Shown here piece after piece: positions 1 to 8,467 of a DNA stretch of 32,000 bases (the first letter of the stretch is position 1; the number at the start of each line of letters is the position of its first letter). The DNA lies in the NCBI GenBank assembly GCA_963699255.1, contig OY969425.1, positions 120,001 to 152,000 on the forward strand. The letters are read 5' to 3'. Origin of the DNA: an uncultured bacterium (GTDB lineage: Bacteria > Margulisbacteria > WOR-1 > CAVSGV01). Below the pieces are notes generated by a model that saw nothing but the letters and a program-made list of their open reading frames with translations, did not search any database and had not been told where the DNA came from. The position numbers and the translations under genes are program-made.

Positions 1-521
1 GCGGAAAGGAATTCGGCTGCAGGTTCACATATAAGGTGCAGGATGAAGCAGGAGGGATCGCACAGGCGCTGGGCATTGCGGAACATTTCTCTAACGGGGA
101 AAAGATCCTGGTTATACTGGGAGATAATATTTTTGAGGAAGATCTATCGAAGATCGTATCTAAATTCGAGGGACAATCGTCCGGAGCAAAGCTGTTACTG
201 AAAGAAGTAAAAGATCCGAACAGGTTCGGAGTCGCTGAGATCAAGGGGGATAAGATAGTCGGGATCGAGGAAAAGCCCAAAAAACCGAAAAGCAACCTGA
301 TAGTGACAGGCATATACATGTACAACACCGACGTTTTCAAGATCATTAGAAAGCTAAGACCATCCACAAGGGGAGAACTGGAAATAACCGATGTGAACAA
401 TGAATACATAAAACGCGGAGAAATAACGTATGAGATAATGCGGGGTTGGTGGACCGACGCGGGGACGTTTGAAACTCTTGAGCTGGCAAGCAGACTTGTT
501 GAAGGGCGAGCGGCAAAGTGA
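1..521 (+). CDS. rfbA: Glucose-1-phosphate thymidylyltransferase (sugar nucleotidyltransferase), C-terminal part; 5' end outside the window
   Basis: Frame is open from the window start (GKEFGCRFTYKVQDEAGGIAQALG...) into the listed ORF. Motifs LGDNIFE, EEKPKKPKSN, TGIYMYNTDVF, WWTDAGTFETL. The stop overlaps the rfbB start. Confidence 0.9.
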   Translation, partial: GKEFGCRFTYKVQDEAGGIAQALGIAEHFSNGEKILVILGDNIFEEDLSKIVSKFEGQSSGAKLLLKEVKDPNRFGVAEIKGDKIVGIEEKPKKPKSNLIVTGIYMYNTDVFKIIRKLRPSTRGELEITDVNNEYIKRGEITYEIMRGWWTDAGTFETLELASRLVEGRAAK

Positions 522-1543
522 AAAGGATACTGGTCACAGGCGGCTGCGGATTCATCGGCAGCAATTTTATCAGACATGTAATCAATAAGGATTACTTCAT
601 CTGCAACCTTGATGATCTGACCTACGCGGGCAATCTTGAGAATCTAAGTGACATTGCCGGCAAAAAGAACTACAGGTTCGTTAAGGGGGATATCGGCGAT
701 CCGAAGATGGTCCGGAAGACGCTGACAGATTTTCACATTGACGCTATCATTAATTTTGCAGCTGAATCGCATGTTGACAGGAGCATATTAGGGCCCGAGA
801 TATTCACAAGAACGAACGTTCTGGGCGCTCAGGTGCTTCTTGATGTTTCCCGGGAGCTGTGGTCAAAGAACTCCTTCAGCGGGAATAAGTTCATTCAAGT
901 CTCCACAGATGAGGTTTACGGCTCTCTTGGCAGAACGGGCAAGTTCAGGGAAGACACGCCTCTCTCGGCGAACAGCCCTTATTCCGCGAGCAAAGCGGCT
1001 GCCGACCTTCTGGCCATGTCGTATCATAATACGTTCGGTTTTCCGGCGGTCATATCCAGGTGTTCAAATAACTACGGGCCTTATCAGTTTCCGGAGAAGT
1101 TCATACCTTTAATGATCATCAACGCGCTGTCAGGGCGTAGGCTTCCCGTATATGGGGACGGCTTGAACGTAAGGGACTGGCTGCATGTGGAGGACCATTG
1201 CAGCGCGATTGAAACCATACTTAAGAAAGGGAAGATCGGGGAGGTCTACAATATCGGCGGAAGCAACGAATGGAAGAACATCGATGTGGTCAAAGAAATA
1301 TTGAAGCTCCTCAACAAACCCGAATCGCTCATTGATTTTGTGACCGACAGGCTCGGGCACGATAGGCGGTACGCCATGGATGCGGGAAAGATCAGGAAAG
1401 AACTTGGATGGTGGCCAAAGCACAGGTTTGATGAGGGATTGAAGGAGACGATAGGGTGGTATCTGGAAAACAAAAGCTGGTGGAAGAAGATAATCAGCGG
1501 CGAATATAAGAGCTACTACAAGAAAATGTATAATGAAAGATGA
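518..1543 (+). CDS. rfbB: dTDP-glucose 4,6-dehydratase
   Basis: N-terminal GGCGFIGSNF Rossmann motif, STDEVYGSL, YSASKAAAD, NNYGPYQFPEK, GDGLNVRDWLHVEDH. ATGA overlap with the upstream rfbA. Confidence 0.95.
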   Translation: MKRILVTGGCGFIGSNFIRHVINKDYFICNLDDLTYAGNLENLSDIAGKKNYRFVKGDIGDPKMVRKTLTDFHIDAIINFAAESHVDRSILGPEIFTRTNVLGAQVLLDVSRELWSKNSFSGNKFIQVSTDEVYGSLGRTGKFREDTPLSANSPYSASKAAADLLAMSYHNTFGFPAVISRCSNNYGPYQFPEKFIPLMIINALSGRRLPVYGDGLNVRDWLHVEDHCSAIETILKKGKIGEVYNIGGSNEWKNIDVVKEILKLLNKPESLIDFVTDRLGHDRRYAMDAGKIRKELGWWPKHRFDEGLKETIGWYLENKSWWKKIISGEYKSYYKKMYNER

Positions 1544-1544
1544 A

Positions 1545-1649
1545 GAGCCCGCGACTGAACGTCGCGGCTCCAATTAGTTTTCTGGGCGCGACTAGAATTG
1601 GCTGAACCGATTTAGTTAGTTGGAGCCGAGGCGTTTAGCCTCGGGGCTC
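1545..1649. repeat. Two-hairpin intergenic element, copy A (hairpins at 1545-1570 and 1623-1649)
   Basis: GAGCCCGCGAC-TGAAC-GTCGCGGCTC and GAGCCGAGGC-GTTTA-GCCTCGGGGCTC. 25 of 27 bases of GCGACTGAACGTCGCGGCTCCAATTAG and 18 of 19 bases of GGAGCCGAGGCGTTTAGCC recur at 16767-16793 and 16819-16837. Confidence 0.8.
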
Positions 1650-1660
1650 AGAGATAAAAG

Positions 1661-2747
1661 ATGAAAACAGCTTTAGTTCATGATTATTTAAACCAGGCCG
1701 GCGGGGCTGAAAGAGTCGTAGAATGTCTCCACGAAGCCTTCCCGCAAGCCCCGATATTTACATCAATTTATGACAGGAAGAGAATGCCTGACATTTTCAA
1801 GACCATGGATATCAGGACGTCATTTATGCAGCACCTTCCTTTCGTGATGAAACACTTCAAAAAATATCTTCCGCTTTATCCTTTTGCGTTCGAGAGCTTC
1901 AACCTGTCAGGTTACGATCTGATACTTTCGAGCAGCAGCGCGTGGGGAAAAGGCATCAAAAAGGGTAAAGGTGCGTTGCATATATGCTATTGCCATTCTC
2001 CCATGAGATTTGTCTGGATGTACGAGGATTATATGGAGAAGGAAGAATACGGCCCTCTCGTGAGAAAAATATTGCCTCCCGTACTGAAGTGGTTGCGGCA
2101 ATGGGACCTAAAAACCTCAAAGAACGTTGATCATTTCATCGCTAATTCCAGAACAACTCAGAAGCGCATAAAGCTGTTCTACGGGAGGGACTCGGAAGTG
2201 GTCCATCCTCCAGTTGATACTTCATTTTTTAAGCCGTATAATAGCAAAATCAAGGATTATTTCCTTGTTGTCTCCAGGTTGAACCCTTATAAGCACATAG
2301 ATTCTGGCCGTTGAAGCGTTCAATGAGCTTGGATTGCCGTTATATGTAATAGGTATCGGCCCTGATGAGAAACGGCTTAAAAAGCTGGCAAAACCCAACG
2401 TTAAGTTTCTGGGGAGATTGCCCGACAGTGAAATAGTTGAGCATTATTCGCAGTGCCGGGCTTTTATTTTGCCGGGTGAGGAAGATTTCGGACTTACTCC
2501 CGTTGAATCCCAGGCGTGCGGACGACCTGTTATAGCTTACAGGGCGGGAGGAGCTCAGGAATCGATCATTGAGGGAAAGACGGGGATATTTTTTGATAAG
2601 CAGGGAAAGGGATCGCTGACGGATGCGGTCAGAAAATTCAGCTCATTGTCTTTTGATCCGGCCGTGATAAGAGAGAATGCATTAAGATTCGATAAAAGTG
2701 TGTTCAAAATGAAAATAAAGGAGTTCGTAGATGCAAAAAGAAAGTAA
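1661..2747 (+). pseudogene. Family 4-type glycosyltransferase (GT-B), reading frame interrupted at ~2302
   Basis: ORF 1661-2314 (MKTALVHDYLNQAGGAERVVECLHEAFP...NPYKHID) continues in another frame as ORF 2334-2747 (LPLYVIGIGPDEKRLKK...EEDFGLTPVESQACGRPVIAYRAGG). Removing one T at 2302/2303 gives HIDLAVEAFNELGLPLYVIG. Could be a real frameshift or a sequence/assembly error. Confidence 0.85.
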
Positions 2748-5142
2748 GCAGGCTAATCCGGCAAAACCCCGTATCGCGGGGAAAGAGCATGAATCGATAT
2801 TTGACATTGCCATAGAAATGCTTTTTATCGCAGTGGTTTTTCTGGCGCCGGTGATCTTTGACAGGCGAGTAGGCATCGTATTCTCACTGACAAAGGTAAC
2901 CGTCGTCAGGCTCATTATTATCGCGATATTGACCATATGGGCGGTTAAGATCATGCTGAAGCAGGAGCACAAGTTCGTCCGCAGTCCTTTGGACTATCCC
3001 ATATTATCCTATATGCTTGTTTGCACCGTAGCGGCGCTTACATCTGTTCATGTGCTCACAAGCTTTATGGGCTTTTACGGTAGATATGAAGGGTGCTCAA
3101 CACTTTATATGTATTGCTTATTGTTTTTTATTACCACAAATTTCATTCGTTCCAAAGAACAGATCCTAAGGGTAATGTATACAGTCATAATCGCGGGGGT
3201 GTGCATGGCTGTCTACGGCGTCATTCAAAGAATGGGAATGGACCCATATGCGTGGGGAGGAGTTACCACATGGCAAAGAGTGATAGGCACCATTGGGCAA
3301 CCTAACTTTCTTGCCGCATATGTGGACATGGCCTTTGTGATCGGTCTTGCGCTGCTCCTTAACTTAAAAGATATCAGATGGAGCAAGGAGTTCCAGTGGC
3401 AGACCGTGTATGATGTTTTCCTCAGAGCAGCTTTGATAATCAGTCTGTTTTTGATATACGTCTGCGTCCTTTTTACGATAAGCCGCGGCGGTTTTCTTGG
3501 TCTGTTTGGCGGGGTATCTTTGTTCTTTATTTGCGCGAACCGGAACCTGACGATCGATAAAAGGAAGGAACTTTTTGTCCTGTTCCTGCTGATAGCGATA
3601 ATATCGGTCATCACTTCCTTGAATCCGGATACCGCGCCGTTCGGAAGGGTTAGTTCTGAGGTCGCAAGGGTTGAAGAAATTGGAGCTAAGGAGACTCCGA
3701 TAATAACCTACAGCGCGTCGCTTTCACGTATAGAGACATGGAAAAGTGCATACAGGATCATATCTGACAGGCCTATTTTTGGAATAGGGCAGGAAGTCCT
3801 AAAAATGGTCTTTCCAAGATATGAGACCAACAAATTCCGCTTTTATGAAGGGTTTCATGTTAAGCAGGATAGATGTCACAATGAAGTCTGCGATATGTCG
3901 GTGACAAGAGGGGTCATCGGCCTGGCGGTATACGTTTGGGTCCTTTCAACTTTCTTTTACATGGGGATCAAGCTGATAAGAGGGGACTTCGATCCAGAAT
4001 TGAAATTGTTTTCCGCGGGATTTATGGGCGCATCCGCGGCATACCTTATACAAAATCAGTTCAGTTTTGGGGTTGTTGCCATAACAACGCTTCTCTGGAT
4101 AATGATGGGTTTGACGACCTCCATATATGTTAGATCACAGCAGCCCGAGAATGCGAAGAGCGCGGATCTCTCGAATATGCCCTGGCTATTATTTGCCGCA
4201 GTATTGATCCTGGCTCTTTTCCTGACCTACCTCTCGACGATACAGTTCAGGGCCGATATACACTTTAAAAATGGAGGCGCGCTGAACGATATGAGGCGTT
4301 TTGACCTTGCGGTCAAGGAGTATGAAACGTCGCTGAAGATAAGTCCGTATGAGGGAGGGACATGGACGCATTACGGCCTTGCCACACTTAATGTGGCCTT
4401 TTCAGCAGGAGATGCGGGATATATCAAGAAATCGCTGGATGTTTTTGATGTCGCGACCAAGGTGGACCCTTACAATGCCGATAATTTTTTCATTATTGGA
4501 AAGATCAATTTTAACGAGCTTCGTCCAAATGATACCGCTTCTCTGGATAGGATAATAGAGATCGAGAAGAACGCGATCAAGATCGATCCTCTTTACGCGG
4601 AGGCCTTTCAAATTATCGGGGCCATATATGAGAAGGAGGGGAAGAACAGAGACGCTGCACAGATGTATGAAAGGGCGGTCGAGATCAATCCCCAGCTGCC
4701 CGATGCTGTGTCGGGCCTTGCGAATATTTATATCAAGCTGAATGAGCCAAGAAAGATCATTGATATATTCAATGATTTTCTTGTCAAATATCCCAACAAT
4801 GCCGTATTTCAGGAAAATCTTGCCGCCCTTTATGTAAAGACAGGAGAGATAAACCAGGCGGTGAAAATATATGAGGCAATGGTCGAGGTAAACCCGCAAA
4901 ACATTAATGCCCTCGTGAACCTTGGTTTCATGTCTGCAAGGACCGGGAATATGGCCAAGGCAAAGGACAGTTTTGAAAGAGCGTATTTGATAGATCCCAA
5001 GAACGTGAATGTTCACAACGGCCTGGGCCTTGTTTATCTTGCGGTCGGGCAAAAGGAAAAAGCCAGGGAGGAATTCAATCAGACTTTAATGCTGGATCCA
5101 AATAATCAATATGCAAAGGACATGCTCGGGAGAATAAAATAA
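2731..5142 (+). CDS. O-antigen ligase/polymerase (Wzy/WaaL-like) membrane protein with C-terminal TPR repeats
   Basis: 803 aa: many hydrophobic segments, then about eight TPR-like units (e.g. AEAFQIIGAIYEKEGKNRDAAQMYERAVEINPQ, INALVNLGFMSARTGNMAKAKDSFERAYLIDPKN). Motif IGTIGQPNFLAAYVD and GIGQEVLKMVFPRYE loop typical of the ligase family. Confidence 0.85.
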   Translation: MQKESKQANPAKPRIAGKEHESIFDIAIEMLFIAVVFLAPVIFDRRVGIVFSLTKVTVVRLIIIAILTIWAVKIMLKQEHKFVRSPLDYPILSYMLVCTVAALTSVHVLTSFMGFYGRYEGCSTLYMYCLLFFITTNFIRSKEQILRVMYTVIIAGVCMAVYGVIQRMGMDPYAWGGVTTWQRVIGTIGQPNFLAAYVDMAFVIGLALLLNLKDIRWSKEFQWQTVYDVFLRAALIISLFLIYVCVLFTISRGGFLGLFGGVSLFFICANRNLTIDKRKELFVLFLLIAIISVITSLNPDTAPFGRVSSEVARVEEIGAKETPIITYSASLSRIETWKSAYRIISDRPIFGIGQEVLKMVFPRYETNKFRFYEGFHVKQDRCHNEVCDMSVTRGVIGLAVYVWVLSTFFYMGIKLIRGDFDPELKLFSAGFMGASAAYLIQNQFSFGVVAITTLLWIMMGLTTSIYVRSQQPENAKSADLSNMPWLLFAAVLILALFLTYLSTIQFRADIHFKNGGALNDMRRFDLAVKEYETSLKISPYEGGTWTHYGLATLNVAFSAGDAGYIKKSLDVFDVATKVDPYNADNFFIIGKINFNELRPNDTASLDRIIEIEKNAIKIDPLYAEAFQIIGAIYEKEGKNRDAAQMYERAVEINPQLPDAVSGLANIYIKLNEPRKIIDIFNDFLVKYPNNAVFQENLAALYVKTGEINQAVKIYEAMVEVNPQNINALVNLGFMSARTGNMAKAKDSFERAYLIDPKNVNVHNGLGLVYLAVGQKEKAREEFNQTLMLDPNNQYAKDMLGRIK

Positions 5143-6564
5143 ATGTTGAGAAGAACAGCTAAATTCCCGCAGTTGCTGCTGTTGATCATCGATGCTTTAG
5201 TGATTAATATATCTTTTATTCTGGCTTATTATCTCAGGTTTGAGTGGCTGATGGGAAAATCCCCGGCGATCATACCGCAGCTGGGCAGGTTCTATTATAT
5301 CCTTATCTTCGTGACGTTCCTGTGGCTGGCCCTGTTCAAGCTCCTTGGGCTTTATGATAAGAGGGATATCACTTCGACAGGTGACGAGGCCTCTTCAATA
5401 TTCGGAGCAACGATAGTCGGTTCGCTGTTCTTGTTCGCGCTTCTCTTTTTGTACAGGGGGTTCTGGTTCTCAAGAGCGTTGCTCATTTACGCGATGATCA
5501 TCTGTTCGGTGCTGATGATATTTTCAAGATATGTGCTGAACAGCTTTCAAAGGGAGCTTTATAAGAGAGGGATAGGCGTCAGACGCACTCTTATCCTGGG
5601 AGCAGGAGAGATCGGGCAGGGGCTCGCCTTTAAAATGTTATCGGAGAAAGAGATAGGATATAAAGCCGTAGCGTTCCTGGATGACGATCCCGATAAGACG
5701 GGCAAGAGTTTCCACGGTGTCCCTGTCATGGGGTCGATCATCAGCACAAAGAACAAAATAAAGGAACTCGGCATTGATGAGGTGATCCTGGCGACGGGAA
5801 AACTGCACCAGCAGAAAGTGCTGGAAATAATCACGGAGTGCGAAGGGGAAGGCGTTGAATTCAAGCTTGTGCCGGGAATACTTGAGCTGATCGCCTCAAG
5901 GATATCAACGGACGAAATTGGTGGCATCCCCCTTCTTACCATTAAAGAGATCAGGCTTCAGGGATTCAACGCCGCTCTAAAGCGGCTTATTGATATTTGC
6001 GTTTCTCTCACGATGCTTTTGGTTTTTTCCCCCCTGATACTGCTTGTTGCTGTTGCGATCAAGATCGAATCAAAAGGGCCGGTCTATTTCACTCAGAGGC
6101 GCATAGGAAAAGACGGCAAGACATTCAATCTTTACAAGTTCCGTTCCATGATCGAAAAAGCCGAATCCATGTTCCAACAGGTTGTTGCAGATAAGGGCGG
6201 CGATATCATCAGGTTCAAGGCAAAAGACGATCCCCGTATCACCAGGGTAGGCAGAATAATAAGAAAGCTCAGCATCGATGAACTGCCCCAGCTGATAAAC
6301 GTTTTGATCGGGGACATGAGCCTGGTCGGGCCCAGGCCTCCGGTGCCGATCGAAGTTGAAAAATATTCCTCCTGGCATAAAAAACGGCTGAGGATACGTC
6401 CGGGGATCACGGGGCTCTGGCAGGTGTCGGGGCGCAGCGAGCTGCCGTTCGAGGATATGGTCCGGCTTGATGTTTACTATATCGAGAACTGGTCTCTCTG
6501 GATGGATTTCAGGATAATCCTGAGGACTTTCCCGGCGGTGCTTTTCGGCTCCGGAGCGTATTAA
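5143..6564 (+). CDS. Undecaprenyl-phosphate/exopolysaccharide polyprenyl glycosylphosphotransferase
   Basis: N-terminal transmembrane segments, CoA-binding-like domain (LGAGEIGQGLAFKML), C-terminal bacterial sugar transferase domain (GPVYFTQRRIGKDGKTFNLYKFRSM, RKLSIDELPQLINVLIGDMSLVGPRPP, RPGITGLWQVSGR). Confidence 0.93.
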   Translation: MLRRTAKFPQLLLLIIDALVINISFILAYYLRFEWLMGKSPAIIPQLGRFYYILIFVTFLWLALFKLLGLYDKRDITSTGDEASSIFGATIVGSLFLFALLFLYRGFWFSRALLIYAMIICSVLMIFSRYVLNSFQRELYKRGIGVRRTLILGAGEIGQGLAFKMLSEKEIGYKAVAFLDDDPDKTGKSFHGVPVMGSIISTKNKIKELGIDEVILATGKLHQQKVLEIITECEGEGVEFKLVPGILELIASRISTDEIGGIPLLTIKEIRLQGFNAALKRLIDICVSLTMLLVFSPLILLVAVAIKIESKGPVYFTQRRIGKDGKTFNLYKFRSMIEKAESMFQQVVADKGGDIIRFKAKDDPRITRVGRIIRKLSIDELPQLINVLIGDMSLVGPRPPVPIEVEKYSSWHKKRLRIRPGITGLWQVSGRSELPFEDMVRLDVYYIENWSLWMDFRIILRTFPAVLFGSGAY

Positions 6565-6575
6565 CAATAACATAG

Positions 6576-7382
6576 ATGCTTACAAGCACCCAAAACCCGA
6601 AGGTTAAATATTTTAATTCCCTTAAACAGAATAAAACACGCAGGGCTGCGGGGAAATTTTTCATTGAAGGGATCCATCTTGTCGGCGAGGCGATGCAGGC
6701 GGGGCTTCTTGACAGGGTCCTTTACAGTGAGAACGTCCTGAAAACATCTGAAGGGAAGAACCTTCTGGGGAAGCTGATTTCTTCCGGCATACCCAGTGAA
6801 GAAGCAAGTGAAAGCGTCATCAAACATCTTTCTAGCGTTGAATCTCCCCAGGGAATAATCGCTTCAGTTAAGCCGAAAGCTTCCGATCTCGGGAGCCTTT
6901 TTGAGAAGTCAGATCCTTTGATCATCGTGGCGTGCGGCATACAAGACCCCGGCAACCTGGGGACGATGATCAGGACGGCGGATGCGGCCGGATGTTCCGG
7001 GATAATATTGTCTGCCGGAACGGTCGATCCGTACAATGACAAGGTCATCAGGGCTTCTTCAGGATCGATTTTTCATTTAAACATGGTAAAAATTGATGAT
7101 ATAATCGAGCTTGTTTCATCACTGAAGAGACGCGGGGTAAGGGTCATCTCGGCTGTTGTCGGTGCCGATAAGGAATATTATTCGGTCGATTACCGCGGAC
7201 CGGCCGCGATCTTGATAGGGAGCGAAAGCAAGGGAATATCCCCTGAGACCGAGAGACTTTCGGATGAATCGATCGCGATACCGATGCTTGGAGGAGTTGA
7301 ATCGCTTAATGCTGCTGTTTCGTGTGCGATCGTTATTTATGAAGCCCTGAGGCAGAGGAGACAACTGAAAACCCGAGACTAA
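6576..7382 (+). CDS. TrmH/SpoU family RNA 2'-O-methyltransferase
   Basis: MLTSTQNPKVKYF...FFIEGIHLV N-terminal substrate-binding domain; SPOUT motifs VACGIQDPGNLGTMIRTADAAGCSGIIL, ILIGSESKGIS, IPMLGGVESLNAAVSCAIVIYEALRQR. Confidence 0.92.
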   Translation: MLTSTQNPKVKYFNSLKQNKTRRAAGKFFIEGIHLVGEAMQAGLLDRVLYSENVLKTSEGKNLLGKLISSGIPSEEASESVIKHLSSVESPQGIIASVKPKASDLGSLFEKSDPLIIVACGIQDPGNLGTMIRTADAAGCSGIILSAGTVDPYNDKVIRASSGSIFHLNMVKIDDIIELVSSLKRRGVRVISAVVGADKEYYSVDYRGPAAILIGSESKGISPETERLSDESIAIPMLGGVESLNAAVSCAIVIYEALRQRRQLKTRD

Positions 7383-7417
7383 AGTCTCGGATAACTTAAC
7401 CGCGACTTCAGTCGCGG
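7373..7417. repeat. Tandem pair of short perfect hairpins between the SpoU gene and pheS
   Basis: CCGAGACT-AA-AGTCTCGG (7373-7390) and CCGCGACT-TC-AGTCGCGG (7400-7417). The first overlaps the stop codon of the upstream gene. Confidence 0.8.
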
Positions 7418-7438
7418 GACTATTACAGAGGAGGATTA

Positions 7439-8467
7439 ATGGAGGAGGCTAGACTTATCAACGTGGACCAGATCGAGCGGGATGCCGTTTCCTCGATAGG
7501 GAACGCGTCTTCGCTGAAAGAGCTTGAAGACATAAAGATAAGATATCTCGGAAGAAAAGGCGATATACAGGAGCTCTTAAAGCGTCTCCCGACACTTGCG
7601 CCCGACATTCGTCCCAAATATGGGCAACGCGTCAACGATATCAAGAATAAGATACAACAGCTTGTCGATGAAAAAATAAAGAGCGTTTCTCGCGAGGCGG
7701 TATCAAAAAAATTAAAGGAAGAAAAGATCGATATAACCCTTCCCGGAACAGGGATAGTCAAAGGGAATCTCCATCCGATAACGAAGGTTTTCGAGGAGAT
7801 GAAGCAGATATTCACCAGGATCGGATATTCCATAGCGGAAGGGCCGGACATCGAGACGAACTGGAATAATTTTGAGGCGCTGAACTTTCCTCCCGAACAC
7901 CCCGCGATGGACATGCAGGCGACGTTCTTCGTGGAGGGAGGATATGTTCTAAGGACCCACACTTCTCCCGTGCAGATAAGGGTCATGGAGAAGAACAATC
8001 CGCCGATATCCATCATCACGCCCGGGCGCGTATACCGTTGCGACGCGGACGTGACGCATTCCCCCGTTTTTCACCAGCTTGAGGGACTTGTCGTTGACGA
8101 AAAGATAACATTTGCGGACCTTAAGGGCACGCTTACTTATTTTATCCATGAAATGTTCGGCAAGGAGAGGCATGTCAGGTTCAGACCTTCATTTTTCCCG
8201 TTCACGGAGCCGTCCGCGGAAATGGATATTGAATGCATCATATGCAGCGGGGTCGGATGCCGCGTCTGCAAGAACACGGGATGGCTTGAAATTCTCGGTT
8301 CCGGAATGGTCGACCCGAACGTGTTCAGCAATGTCGGCTATGATCCCCAGAAATACTCCGGGTTCGCTTTCGGCATGGGGATAGAGCGCATAGCGATACT
8401 CAAGTACGGGATACCGGATATCAGGCTTTTCTATGAGAATGACCTGAGATTTTTGAGGCAGTTATGA
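7439..8467 (+). CDS. pheS: Phenylalanyl-tRNA synthetase alpha subunit
   Basis: HPLTKV-like HPITKVFEEMKQIFTRIGYSIAEGPDIE, HPAMDMQATFFVE, LRTHTSPVQIRVM, RVYRCDADVTHSPVFHQLEGLVV, GIERIAILKYGI. SD GAGGAGG upstream of the ATG. Confidence 0.97.
   Translation: MEEARLINVDQIERDAVSSIGNASSLKELEDIKIRYLGRKGDIQELLKRLPTLAPDIRPKYGQRVNDIKNKIQQLVDEKIKSVSREAVSKKLKEEKIDITLPGTGIVKGNLHPITKVFEEMKQIFTRIGYSIAEGPDIETNWNNFEALNFPPEHPAMDMQATFFVEGGYVLRTHTSPVQIRVMEKNNPPISIITPGRVYRCDADVTHSPVFHQLEGLVVDEKITFADLKGTLTYFIHEMFGKERHVRFRPSFFPFTEPSAEMDIECIICSGVGCRVCKNTGWLEILGSGMVDPNVFSNVGYDPQKYSGFAFGMGIERIAILKYGIPDIRLFYENDLRFLRQL

Noticed and set aside
2731-5142. Novel fusion of O-antigen ligase with TPR repeats
   Set aside because: Wzy/ligase-family membrane proteins with C-terminal TPRs are already common, so it is noted as a feature only.
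7383-7438. Possible T-box leader upstream of pheST
   Set aside because: The region is only ~56 nt and has no T-box sequence (GGTGG-type box) or specifier domain; only two tiny hairpins.
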